Assembly: GCA_945861685.1 (NCBI GenBank)
Contig: CAMAVO010000003.1
Span: 1-49,313 of the forward strand
Reading direction: 5' to 3'
Origin: Chitinophaga pinensis
GTDB taxonomy: Bacteria; Bacteroidota; Bacteroidia; SXHM01
DNA: 49,313 bases
Shown: positions 28,327 to 37,300 of the stretch, piece after piece
Layout of the letters: each line of letters opens with the position of its first letter
Numbering within the stretch: position 1 is the stretch's first letter
Made by a program: the position numbers and the translations under genes
Notes under the pieces: generated by a model
Told to the model about the DNA's origin: nothing
The model's input: the letters and a program-made list of their open reading frames with translations, nothing else
The model's database searches: none

Positions 28327-29577
28327 TTGAGGCTTTACCTGAAGTTAGTGAATGAGAGTATTGCAATGGCAGTAGGCGCATTGGTGGTGAATAAACTGCG
28401 CACTGTTCTTTCACTGCTTGGAATTACCATTGGCATTCTGGCTATTATTTCAGTTTTCACCATGGTCGACTCTATGGAAAAACAAGTTCGCGGCAGTGTT
28501 GAATCGTTGGGTGATGATGTTATTTTTATTCAGAAATGGCCATGGACTTTCGGACAGGGCTACCCCTGGTGGAAATACTGGCAACGCCCTGTTCCCACTT
28601 TGAAAGAGTTGCACGAAGTGCAGGAGCGTAGCAAAAATGCTGAAGCGCTGGCTTTTATGGCACACATGCAGAAAACAGTGGAATACGGTAGCAGCAATCT
28701 TGAAAACGTAAGTATTGTTTGTGTGTCGCACGATTGGCAAAAAATAAAAACCTTTGAGTTAATGGAAGGCAGATACTTTACACCTTTTGAATCGGCAGGC
28801 GGAAGAAATGTTGCCATTATCGGAAGTCAGGTGGCAGAGGGGCTTTTTGGTGAAGCAAACCCTATTGGAAAAACTATAAAAACAATGGGCAGAAAGATTG
28901 ATGTGATTGGCGTGTTTGACAAAGAAGGCGAGAGCCTTTTTGGTAATTCAACAGATAATCAGGTAGTGATTCCGGCAGTGTATGCTCGTAGTTTGGTTGA
29001 CCTTAGAAAAGAGCGTTTCAACCCGATGATTCAGGTGAAAGGAAAAGAGGGTGTTAGCAATGAAGAATTGAAAGATGAACTGCGAGGAATCATGCGCTCC
29101 GTGAGGAAACAAAAGCCGTTGGCTGATGATAATTTTGCGTTGAACGAAACCAGTTTGTTAAGCAACAGCATGGAAGGATTGTTTACAGTAATTAATGGTG
29201 CCGGTTGGTTGATTGGCTTGTTCTCTATTCTTGTTGGCGGTTTTGGAATTGCCAATATCATGTTTGTTTCTGTAAAAGAACGCACACACATTATTGGAAT
29301 ACAAAAGTCATTAGGCGCAAAGAATTATTTTATTTTGTTGCAGTTTTTATTTGAAGCAGTTTTTCTTTGCATTATTGGGGGGGCAGCAGGTCTGCTGATT
29401 GTTTTTTTTCTCAGCCTTGCGGGAAGCAATATTTTGGACTTAGATATTTCCTTGTCGCTGAAAAATGTTTTCCTTGGCTTAGGCATCTCAGCCGGAATAG
29501 GTTTGGTGTCGGGTATTGTTCCTGCATGGATTGCATCACGACTTGACCCAGTGGAAGCTATCCGTTCAAATGGTTAA
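28327..29577 (+). CDS. MacB/FtsX-family ABC transporter permease; likely TTG start at 28327
   Basis: NKLRTVLSLLGITIG, VGGFGIANIMFVSVKERT and LDPVEAIR motifs. Confidence 0.9.
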   Translation: MRLYLKLVNESIAMAVGALVVNKLRTVLSLLGITIGILAIISVFTMVDSMEKQVRGSVESLGDDVIFIQKWPWTFGQGYPWWKYWQRPVPTLKELHEVQERSKNAEALAFMAHMQKTVEYGSSNLENVSIVCVSHDWQKIKTFELMEGRYFTPFESAGGRNVAIIGSQVAEGLFGEANPIGKTIKTMGRKIDVIGVFDKEGESLFGNSTDNQVVIPAVYARSLVDLRKERFNPMIQVKGKEGVSNEELKDELRGIMRSVRKQKPLADDNFALNETSLLSNSMEGLFTVINGAGWLIGLFSILVGGFGIANIMFVSVKERTHIIGIQKSLGAKNYFILLQFLFEAVFLCIIGGAAGLLIVFFLSLAGSNILDLDISLSLKNVFLGLGISAGIGLVSGIVPAWIASRLDPVEAIRSNG

Positions 29578-30011
29578 CCCTTGGTGTGGCTTACACGCGA
29601 AACACTGTAAACACCGCGTCCTTCTGCAATAATATTTTCAGGACTGTCGTGATAAGCAATCATTCTTGTAAAGATTACTTTGTTGCCGCTTTTCACAATG
29701 GTGCCTTCACAAATTAAATCTTTTGCCAAGCCCGGTGAGAGATAATCGACACGCAAGTCAATTGTAGAGAGTTTGTCGTCATAATGCTTTAACGTGGTTA
29801 TTCCTGCAGCACCGCCAACTGCATCCATGGCTGTGGCAATAACACCTCCGTGAATACTGCGTCTGCGCGGGTCGCCAATCAATTCGGGTTTATATGGAAT
29901 AAGGAGCGAAACAAAATTTTCGCGGACATCAATCAATTTAAAACCAATTACCTTGTGAAAGGGTATAAATTCTTCAATTATGTTTTGAAACAGTTCTTTC
30001 GGGGCTTCCAT
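29574..30011 (-). CDS. PaaI-family hotdog-fold thioesterase
   Basis: IHGGVIATAMD and STIDLRVDYL motifs. Confidence 0.9.
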   Translation of the reverse strand: MEAPKELFQNIIEEFIPFHKVIGFKLIDVRENFVSLLIPYKPELIGDPRRRSIHGGVIATAMDAVGGAAGITTLKHYDDKLSTIDLRVDYLSPGLAKDLICEGTIVKSGNKVIFTRMIAYHDSPENIIAEGRGVYSVSRVSHTKG

Positions 30012-30056
30012 GTATATTTGTATGAATTGGGAGGCAAAACTACACTATTTGCAAGG

Positions 30057-30746
30057 ATGAAAATTTTTAAAACACTTTTGTTTTTGATTGTTGCGGCAGC
30101 TGTATTTGCTGCTTGCAGCCGACCATCGGGCTGCCCTTCCACGTTTATTACCAAGCCCAAAATAAGTCAGCGCGATGTAAATAAGTGGTTTGCTTTCAAG
30201 GAAAAGAAAAGCAGCAATTACCGCGAAAAGGAATTCTTTGCAATGCGGACAAATAGTTACCGCAATAATGCAACTATGAAAAATTATTTTGCCACAAGCT
30301 CGAAAAAAAGAAGTGCTGATACGGAGCGTAATTTTTTCGGAACATTTTCATCCGGTAAAAATAAATACCGCGATATGGATGCCTTTGCTTCCAAGTCCAG
30401 GAAAACACGTGCACAGAAAGAGGCTGACCATTTTTCATCGCCTTACAGCAAGCAAAACAGGGCAGGCAGTCAGGATTATTTTTTACTTGCAAGTCGTTCG
30501 GGAAGCAATAAGCAAAGCAAAGATTTCTTTAGTTCTTCCAGTAAAAACCGAAGACAACGGGCAAGTTATAACCGCGCTGAAGAAAGTCCCTTTGCTTCGC
30601 GCTCCAAGCAAAAGCAATTTGTTCAGCGTGAATATCAGCCCGATTTGTTTGAACCCAAAGTGCTATGGTATAAAGGCAAGAAGCGTGATAAAAATGCGCC
30701 TAAAGATTCAATGGGGAAAGAGGGTGGCGCAGATAAAGAAGAATAG
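30057..30746 (+). CDS. Hypothetical basic, Ser/Lys/Arg-rich lipoprotein with about 16-aa degenerate repeats
   Basis: ATG at 30057 gives a signal peptide with FAA-C lipobox. TATATTTG at 30013-30020 lies upstream. Confidence 0.7.
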   Translation: MKIFKTLLFLIVAAAVFAACSRPSGCPSTFITKPKISQRDVNKWFAFKEKKSSNYREKEFFAMRTNSYRNNATMKNYFATSSKKRSADTERNFFGTFSSGKNKYRDMDAFASKSRKTRAQKEADHFSSPYSKQNRAGSQDYFLLASRSGSNKQSKDFFSSSSKNRRQRASYNRAEESPFASRSKQKQFVQREYQPDLFEPKVLWYKGKKRDKNAPKDSMGKEGGADKEE

Positions 30747-30863
30747 CGAAATCAACATTATCCTGTTTACAACTCTCGTATTTAATTTTGATTTAAAAAT
30801 AATTTTTAATTAACTTTAGGGTGGATTTAACTCATCAGTTATTAACCCTTAAAATTAATTATT

Positions 30864-31052
30864 ATGAAACTCCGGTCTCTGTTAATGTTTTTAGGATGCC
30901 TTTTGGGCGGAATAGGTGGTCTTGGTTATTCAGCTATTTCCGGTAGTTTGGAAATGGGTTCAGATCTTTTCTCGGTTGTGTTGTATGGAGTTTTCATCGG
31001 ACTTTTTTTTGCTGACTTCTTAAGCCAGTTATTTGAAAAACAGTTACATTAG
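30864..31052 (+). CDS. Small two-TM protein, paralog of the next gene (DUF6132-like) lacking the Cys loop
   Basis: Shares MK.RSL.MF.GC.LGG.GGL and LYGVFIGLFFADFLSQ with the downstream ORF. Confidence 0.72.
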   Translation: MKLRSLLMFLGCLLGGIGGLGYSAISGSLEMGSDLFSVVLYGVFIGLFFADFLSQLFEKQLH

Positions 31053-31076
31053 ACTCTAAATTCTAAAATCAAGTAA

Positions 31077-31277
31077 ATGAAATTTAGATCCCTGATAATG
31101 TTTTTTGGATGTTTCTTAGGAGGATTAGGTGGGTTGGTTTATTGGTATATAAGCACCTGCGCTTCGGGTGATTGCGAATTAGGCTCTTCTCTTTTCTCAG
31201 ATGCTTTGTACGGAGTTTTTATCGGACTTTTTTTTGCTGACTTTTTAAGTCAGGGAATGACAAGAAAAGAAGCCTGA
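31077..31277 (+). CDS. Small two-TM protein with CxxxxC loop (DUF6132-like)
   Basis: GG..G..YW.I.CASGDC...S...LYG..G pattern. Confidence 0.72.
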   Translation: MKFRSLIMFFGCFLGGLGGLVYWYISTCASGDCELGSSLFSDALYGVFIGLFFADFLSQGMTRKEA

Positions 31278-31281
31278 TTTT

Positions 31282-33234
31282 TTATTCCTGTCCTACAGGT
31301 TCTGCTTCTACCCAATCACCATGCAAGCGGATGAGGTCTATCAGTTCGTCTAACGCATTTTCGGAAGCAACATTTCTTTTTACAACTTCTTTGCCTTTGT
31401 AGAGTGTTATTTTTCCGACACCTGTTCCAACGTAACCGTAATCAGCATCGGCCATTTCACCCGGCCCGTTTACAATGCAGCCCATGATGCCAATCTTGAT
31501 TCCTTTAAGATGACTGGTGCGGTTGCGAATTTTTGCGGTTGTTTCCTGTAAATCAAACAATGTTCTTCCGCAAGAAGGGCAAGAGATGTACTCTGTTTTA
31601 GATATACGAGTTCGCGCAGCTTGCAAAATTCCAAAGGCGGTTGCATTGATTGTTTTGGAAGCTATTCCGTTTGCCTCTATCAGTATGCCATCGCCTAAGC
31701 CATCAATTAATAATGCGCCTGTATCGGTGGAGGCATGGAGCTGAAAGCGGTTTTCATCCATGCCTTGATAGGTTCTTTTTATGATGACAGGGGTTTTGCA
31801 ATTGCTGTTCATAAGGGTTGCAAACATGCTGCGCTGTTCTGCCATGCCATGTTCGTTGGCGGTTGTTATAATAAGGACAGCTGTTGTGTCTGTTTTTAGT
31901 TTTTCAATAAAGGATGGCGAAAGCTGAGTTAAAGTTGTTGAAATGAAATTGAGAACAGAAGATTTTTCTTTTGTAGAAAGGTATTCTTCATTTGTAAGCA
32001 GAGGGTATCTTCTTTCTTCTGTTTTGTGAGCATTCCAGGCAGTGTAATCATAAATAATTCCAAGAGTTCCGGGAGTTTGAAAATTTACCAGAGTTGCTCC
32101 TGTATAGATGTAATCGCAAGCCTGATCGGCAATATTCCATTTATCAAGAGTTGCAGAATAATTATAGCCGAGGCTGAAGAAGTTTGCGGGTGTTATTTCC
32201 GGCTTATTAGCTAAGCAAGCAATAACAACAGGGACTTTATGTCCTCCTATATTCTGCACTTCGTGAGTATTCCTGCGATTGTGTTCGTAAGGATTTACAG
32301 GGTATTTTTCAATTTCAGGGATTGCAGATTGTTTTTCTTCTCTTGTTGAGTATCGTTCTACCAATGCCTTGGCAACGGGTATTTCAAACTCGGGGTCTTC
32401 TGTTAAGGAAACACGCACGGTATCGCCAATCCCGTCTTCTAACAAGGTGCCGATACCGACTGCTGATTTTATTCTGCCGTCTTCGCCTTCACCTGCTTCG
32501 GTAACGCCTAGATGCAGGGGGTAATTCATTCCTTCTTCGTGCATCTTTTTAATGAGGAGGCGGTAGGCCTGCACCATTATCAGTGTGTTGCTGGCTTTCA
32601 TGGAAAGAACGATTTCATGGAAATCATTATTCTCACAGATGCGGACAAACTCCATGGCTGATTCAACCATGCCCAGGGGAGTATCGCCATAGCGGCTCAT
32701 GATTCTATCGCTGAGGGAACCGTGGTTGGTACCGATGCGCATGGCGGTGCCGTGGTCTTTGCAGATTTTTACCAAAGGGGTAAAGCGTTCACGGATGCGT
32801 TCTAACTCGGCTTCGTAGCTGAGGTCATTGTATTCATGGACTTCAAACTTCTTGCGGTCGGCATAGTTGCCTGGATTTACGCGCACTTTTTCTACTATGC
32901 GTGCGGCCACTTCGGCTGCATTGGGGGTAAAATGTATATCGGCAACCAGCGGGGCAGTGTAACCGCGCTTGCGCAATTCGTTTTTTATGTTGAGCAGGTT
33001 TTCGGCTTCTTTAATGCTGGGTGCGGTGATCCGCACAAGCTGACATCCTGCTTCAATCATGCGGATGCTTTGTTCCACGGTTTTGAGGGTGTCCATGGTA
33101 TCGGTGGTGGTCATGCTTTGCACCACGATGGGGTTGCCGCCACCGATTAATACGTTGCCCACTTTTACTGCACGGGTTTGATAGCGTGAGTAGGAGGTGA
33201 GGCTGTTGCAGTAGAGGGCAGGTTGGTCGGACAT
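31282..33234 (-). CDS. ispG: HMBPP synthase IspG/GcpE, long three-domain form; ATG start at 33234
   Basis: VQSMT, PLVADIHF, RVNPGN, RIGTNHGSLS, HLGVTEAG, ISCPSCGRT and GCIVNGPGE motifs. Confidence 0.96.
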   Translation of the reverse strand: MSDQPALYCNSLTSYSRYQTRAVKVGNVLIGGGNPIVVQSMTTTDTMDTLKTVEQSIRMIEAGCQLVRITAPSIKEAENLLNIKNELRKRGYTAPLVADIHFTPNAAEVAARIVEKVRVNPGNYADRKKFEVHEYNDLSYEAELERIRERFTPLVKICKDHGTAMRIGTNHGSLSDRIMSRYGDTPLGMVESAMEFVRICENNDFHEIVLSMKASNTLIMVQAYRLLIKKMHEEGMNYPLHLGVTEAGEGEDGRIKSAVGIGTLLEDGIGDTVRVSLTEDPEFEIPVAKALVERYSTREEKQSAIPEIEKYPVNPYEHNRRNTHEVQNIGGHKVPVVIACLANKPEITPANFFSLGYNYSATLDKWNIADQACDYIYTGATLVNFQTPGTLGIIYDYTAWNAHKTEERRYPLLTNEEYLSTKEKSSVLNFISTTLTQLSPSFIEKLKTDTTAVLIITTANEHGMAEQRSMFATLMNSNCKTPVIIKRTYQGMDENRFQLHASTDTGALLIDGLGDGILIEANGIASKTINATAFGILQAARTRISKTEYISCPSCGRTLFDLQETTAKIRNRTSHLKGIKIGIMGCIVNGPGEMADADYGYVGTGVGKITLYKGKEVVKRNVASENALDELIDLIRLHGDWVEAEPVGQE

Positions 33235-33250
33235 AGGTGGTATTTGGGTG

Positions 33251-33258
33251 CAAAAGTA
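33251..33258 (-). promoter_or_regulatory. -7 element (TACTTTTG) for ispG
   Basis: TAnnTTTG between the porP terminator and the ispG ATG. Confidence 0.6.
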
Positions 33259-33261
33259 TTT

Positions 33262-33298
33262 AAAAAAACAGCCCCGCATTTTGGGCGGGGCTGTTTTT
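33262..33298 (-). terminator. Intrinsic terminator of the sprB-like/porP transcript
   Basis: AAAAACAGCCCCGC-loop-GCGGGGCTGTTTTT with A/T runs on both sides. Confidence 0.88.
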
Positions 33299-33316
33299 AA
33301 ATATAATAAGTTTAAT

Positions 33317-34270
33317 TTATTTTTCTTTGCTTGTTGGAGTCTCCACCGGGCTTTCAGCCGGTACATCATCGTTGTGACGGATTTTTGCAAAGCGAGCGCC
33401 TATCATTACTTCATGGCTTCCGCTGCTGTAGTTCTTGAGGCTCGACATCGGGAAGTCGTAAGCATAACCCAAAATAATGTTTTTGCCGATGTTGAAGCCT
33501 GCCATTACTGAAACGGCATCTTTGATTCGGAAAGCACTTCCTGCCCAAACCACATCGCGGTAACCGATTTTAAGACCAAGGTCAATCTGCATAGGAACCG
33601 GAGTAACGTATTTTAAAAGGAAGGAAGGTTGCACTGTCCAGTTGTCGCCCAGGTTAAAGGTATAGCCTCCCATGATGAGCAGGTGGCGGGCAAGGCGGCT
33701 TTGTGCATCAGATACGTTGTCAAAGAATTTTAACTTGTTGCCAATCAACTGCGGCATTGAAACTCCGAAGTAGAACTTTTTGGTGTAAAGTTGAATTCCG
33801 AAGGTTGCATCAGGAGCAATAACACTCATTACTCCGTTGCTCATTGCCGGGTCGTTACCTTCTTTCAAGGTAACTTTTGAGCCATCGATTTTAAATTGCA
33901 TTACACCAAATCCAAGACCGAAAGAGAGTTTCAGTTTTTGTGAAAGTTTTACATGATAGGCATAAGAAAGGTATGCCCCCGTGCGACTGGTAGGCCCGGT
34001 AACATCGCTATACACAGCGCCTCCAAAGCCCATGTTGTGCTTGCGGTGCGGACCGTGCACACTCAGCACATACGTGCGGGGAGCATCGGTAACACCCACC
34101 CACTGGTAGCGGTTGTTCGATTTTACTTCGTAGAAATCCTCGGTGCCTGATACGGCAGGGTTGAGGATATAATTGTTCAGCATGTATTGTGCATACTGTG
34201 GCACTTGCTGGGCTTTAAGGCCTGAAACAGTGCAAACAATTACTGTAAGAAGGGTGTATAGCTTTTTCAT
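33317..34270 (-). CDS. PorP/SprF-family T9SS beta-barrel protein
   Basis: QQ.PQYAQYM.N...LNPA..G, RYQWVG...AP, GYAYD and SSGSHEV motifs; directly downstream of a type B CTD protein. Confidence 0.93.
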   Translation of the reverse strand: MKKLYTLLTVIVCTVSGLKAQQVPQYAQYMLNNYILNPAVSGTEDFYEVKSNNRYQWVGVTDAPRTYVLSVHGPHRKHNMGFGGAVYSDVTGPTSRTGAYLSYAYHVKLSQKLKLSFGLGFGVMQFKIDGSKVTLKEGNDPAMSNGVMSVIAPDATFGIQLYTKKFYFGVSMPQLIGNKLKFFDNVSDAQSRLARHLLIMGGYTFNLGDNWTVQPSFLLKYVTPVPMQIDLGLKIGYRDVVWAGSAFRIKDAVSVMAGFNIGKNIILGYAYDFPMSSLKNYSSGSHEVMIGARFAKIRHNDDVPAESPVETPTSKEK

Positions 34271-34308
34271 AGTTCTGGATTTTTATTTTTTACCACTATT
34301 ATTTTTTT

Positions 34309-34367
34309 ACCACTAAGAGCACTGAGCTCACCAAGTAATTCTAAGTGTTCTAAGTGCACTTAGTGGT
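34309..34367. repeat. REP-like degenerate inverted repeat (ACCACTAAG...CTTAGTGGT) built from 9-bp subunits
   Basis: Perfect 9-bp outer arms; internal CACTAAG/CACTGAG versus CTAAGTG/CTTAGTG subrepeats. Confidence 0.65.
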
Positions 34368-34376
34368 TAATTTTTT

Positions 34377-37300
34377 TTATCTCGCTATTGTTATAGGTCC
34401 GGTATAAGGTTCAGTTGTTCCATTGTGCAGGTCTATTACATAATAGTATGTTCCTACAGGCAGGTCTTTGCCTTTGTATCTTCCATCCCAAGCTGTTCCG
34501 TAGCCTTTAGAATAGAAGAGTTCTTGTCCCCAACGGTTGTAAACCATTACCACTGCTTCCGGGAAATTATTGATAAAGTCAATAATCCAGGTATCATTAA
34601 TACCGTCATCATTTGGTGTTATACCATCAGGGAAAACAATTCCGGGAGATACTTCAATGGTTAACGAATCAACCGCAGAGCATCCGTTTTCATCTGTTCC
34701 GGTTACAAAGTAGATAGTAGTTATTGTTGGTGATGCAATCGGGTTGTAGATGTTTGCATTATCCAACCCATCGCTTGGCGACCATGAATAAGTTCCGTTG
34801 GTTCCAGCACCGGCAGCTTCTAATTGCACCGTAGTTCCTGAAAGAATTTCAGCACCAGCACCCGCATCAATTACAGGAAGAGGGTTAACGGTAACAGTTA
34901 CTGTGTCATAATCCACGCAACTGAAGTTGGTAACCTGAACAATATAGGTTGTAGTAGTAGTGATGGTTGCAACCGGATTGTCGATGTTGTTGTAATTTAA
35001 TCCTGAAGCAGGAGTCCACAGATAACCGCTTCCGCCTGTTGCCTGCAACTGAACCTGATCACCAATACAAATTGTAATATCGGGTCCTGCGTTTGCATCA
35101 ATTACTATCTGCTCAACCACTGTTACAATGAGTGTTTTAGAGCAACCTGTGTTGTCGGTTACGGTTACGGTATAAACTCCGGGAAGCAGGTTAGTCAGGT
35201 CTTCGGTAGTTGCTCCGTTATCCCAATCGTAGGTATATCCCGGAACACCACCTGATACAGAAAGGTCAATTGCTCCGTTGTCAGTATTAGTACATGTTGG
35301 TGCAGTTACAGAAGCAGAGACTACAATAATCGGAGGCTCGCTGATGGTAACAGTTGCTGTGGTATCACAACCATTCGCATCGGTTACAGTTACTGTGTAA
35401 GTACCTGCACAAAGACCGGTAGCAGTTGCAGTTGTTTGTCCGCCCGGAACCCAGATGTAAGAGTATACAGGAGTTCCACCTGCAGGTGTTACTGTAGCTG
35501 TTCCATCGCAATTGCCTCCGCAGCTTGCGTCTACACCTGTTGCAGCTGCAGTAAGCAATGCAGGTTCGGTAATGGTAATTGTTGAAATTGAAACGCAGTT
35601 TGCAGCATCGGTTACGGTTACTGTATAAGTGCCCGGGCAAAGATTGGTTGCCATAGCAGAATTTTGTCCGTTAGCCCATACAAAGCTATATGGCTCAACA
35701 CCGCCTGTTGCAATTGCAGTTGCCGTTCCATCGCACTGGCCAAAGCAACTTACGTTGTTGAACAATGGAATTGCAGTTGCCAAAGCATTCTGGTCGCTGA
35801 TGATGACTGTGGAAGTAGTATTACAACCGATTGCATCAGTAATAACAACACTGTATGTTCCAATACAAAGATTAATTGCGGTGCTATCGGTTTGTCCGTT
35901 ATTCCACAGATAAGAGTATGGAGGAACACCACCCAATACGCTAACTATTGCATACGCATCGCAATTTCCAGCGCAAAGTATTTCACTGAAATCAGTTATA
36001 GAAGAAGTTAGGATTGGTGGTTCAAGAATGATAACGTTGACAGAAATGGTACAACCGTTTCCATCGGTAACTAGCACTGAATAATTTCCTGCGCAAAGAG
36101 CTACAGCGGTGCTGTCGGTTTGTCCGTCACTCCATGCATATTGGTAAGGAAGTGTTCCACCACCAACGTTAGCAGTTGCTGTTCCATCACACACACCACC
36201 GCAACTTGCATTGGTTGTAGTCGGGTAAAGTGTAAGGATAGGAGGCTCAGTGATTACAATGGTTTGTGTTGTGTCGCAACCGTTGGCATCTGTAACGGTT
36301 ACCGTGTAGGTTCCTGCACACAGATTAATTGCAGTTTCGGTAGTTTGACCTGATGGAGACCACAAGTAAGAGTATGCCGGTGTTCCACCGTTTGCTGTTG
36401 CAGTAGCAGAACCATCGCATAGTCCACCGCAGCTTACATTATTAATTACTGTAGCATCAAATACAAGTAAAGTTGGTTCTGTTACAATTACTGTATCCTG
36501 ACCTGTGCAACCATTAGCATCGGTTACTAACAAGTAGTATTCGCCCGGACAAAGGCTATCAACAAAGTCTATTGTTTCCAGTCCTGTAGTGTTCAGCCAC
36601 TGATACGTGTAAGGAGCAGTTCCGCCCGCAGGGGTTGCAGTTACATCTGCATTGCAGAAACCAAAGCAGGTTACGTTATTCACTGCAAATGTCATAGTAA
36701 CAGGTGCCGGTTCAGTAACGTTGATAACAGCTGATTGCACGCAACCAAGAGAGTCGGTAACGGTAACAGTATAAATACCTGCACACAATGCAGTAGCGGT
36801 ATCACCTGTTTGAGAAGTTGGATTCCATGAATAGGTGTATCCTGTAACTAACGAAGGAGTACCACCTGTAGCAACTACCCAAGCCGAAGCATCGCAAACA
36901 CCGTTGCAACTTGCAGGCAGCATGTCTGTTGTAAGTGTGATTTCGGTAGGCTCACCAATTAATACTGAAGTTCCCTGAACGCATCCGTTGGCATCCGTAA
37001 CCTGAACAATGTATGTTCCAGCGCAAAGACTGTCTGCCGTTGCATCGGTTTGGTTACCGGGAGTCCATAAATAGGTGTAAGCACCGGTGCCGCCTGTTGC
37101 GGTAACTGTTGCTGTTCCATCGCAAACGCTAAAGCACAAAGCATCTGTCCATGAAGTTGACAAAACAATAGGTGTAGGTTCTGTAACCGGAATGTCAGTC
37201 CATGTAGAAGTGCAACCGTTAGCATCGGTAACAACTACACTATACGTTCCGGGGCAAAGTGTTACTGCAGTTGCAGTAGTTTGTCCATCGTTCCACAGGT

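Noticed and set aside
29850-30056. N-terminal extension of the basic lipoprotein
   Set aside because: It is antisense to the thioesterase gene; the signal peptide begins at ATG 30057.
30289-30813. Overlapping 174-aa ORF as an alternative gene or frameshift
   Set aside because: No recognisable features; the lipoprotein frame is intact with consistent repeats.
31282-33234. Unusually long IspG
   Set aside because: The inserted-domain form is already known in Bacteroidota, Chlamydia and plants.
33235-33390. N-terminal extension of IspG in the ORF track
   Set aside because: It runs through the porP terminator and 3' end; the ATG at 33234 follows a -7 box.
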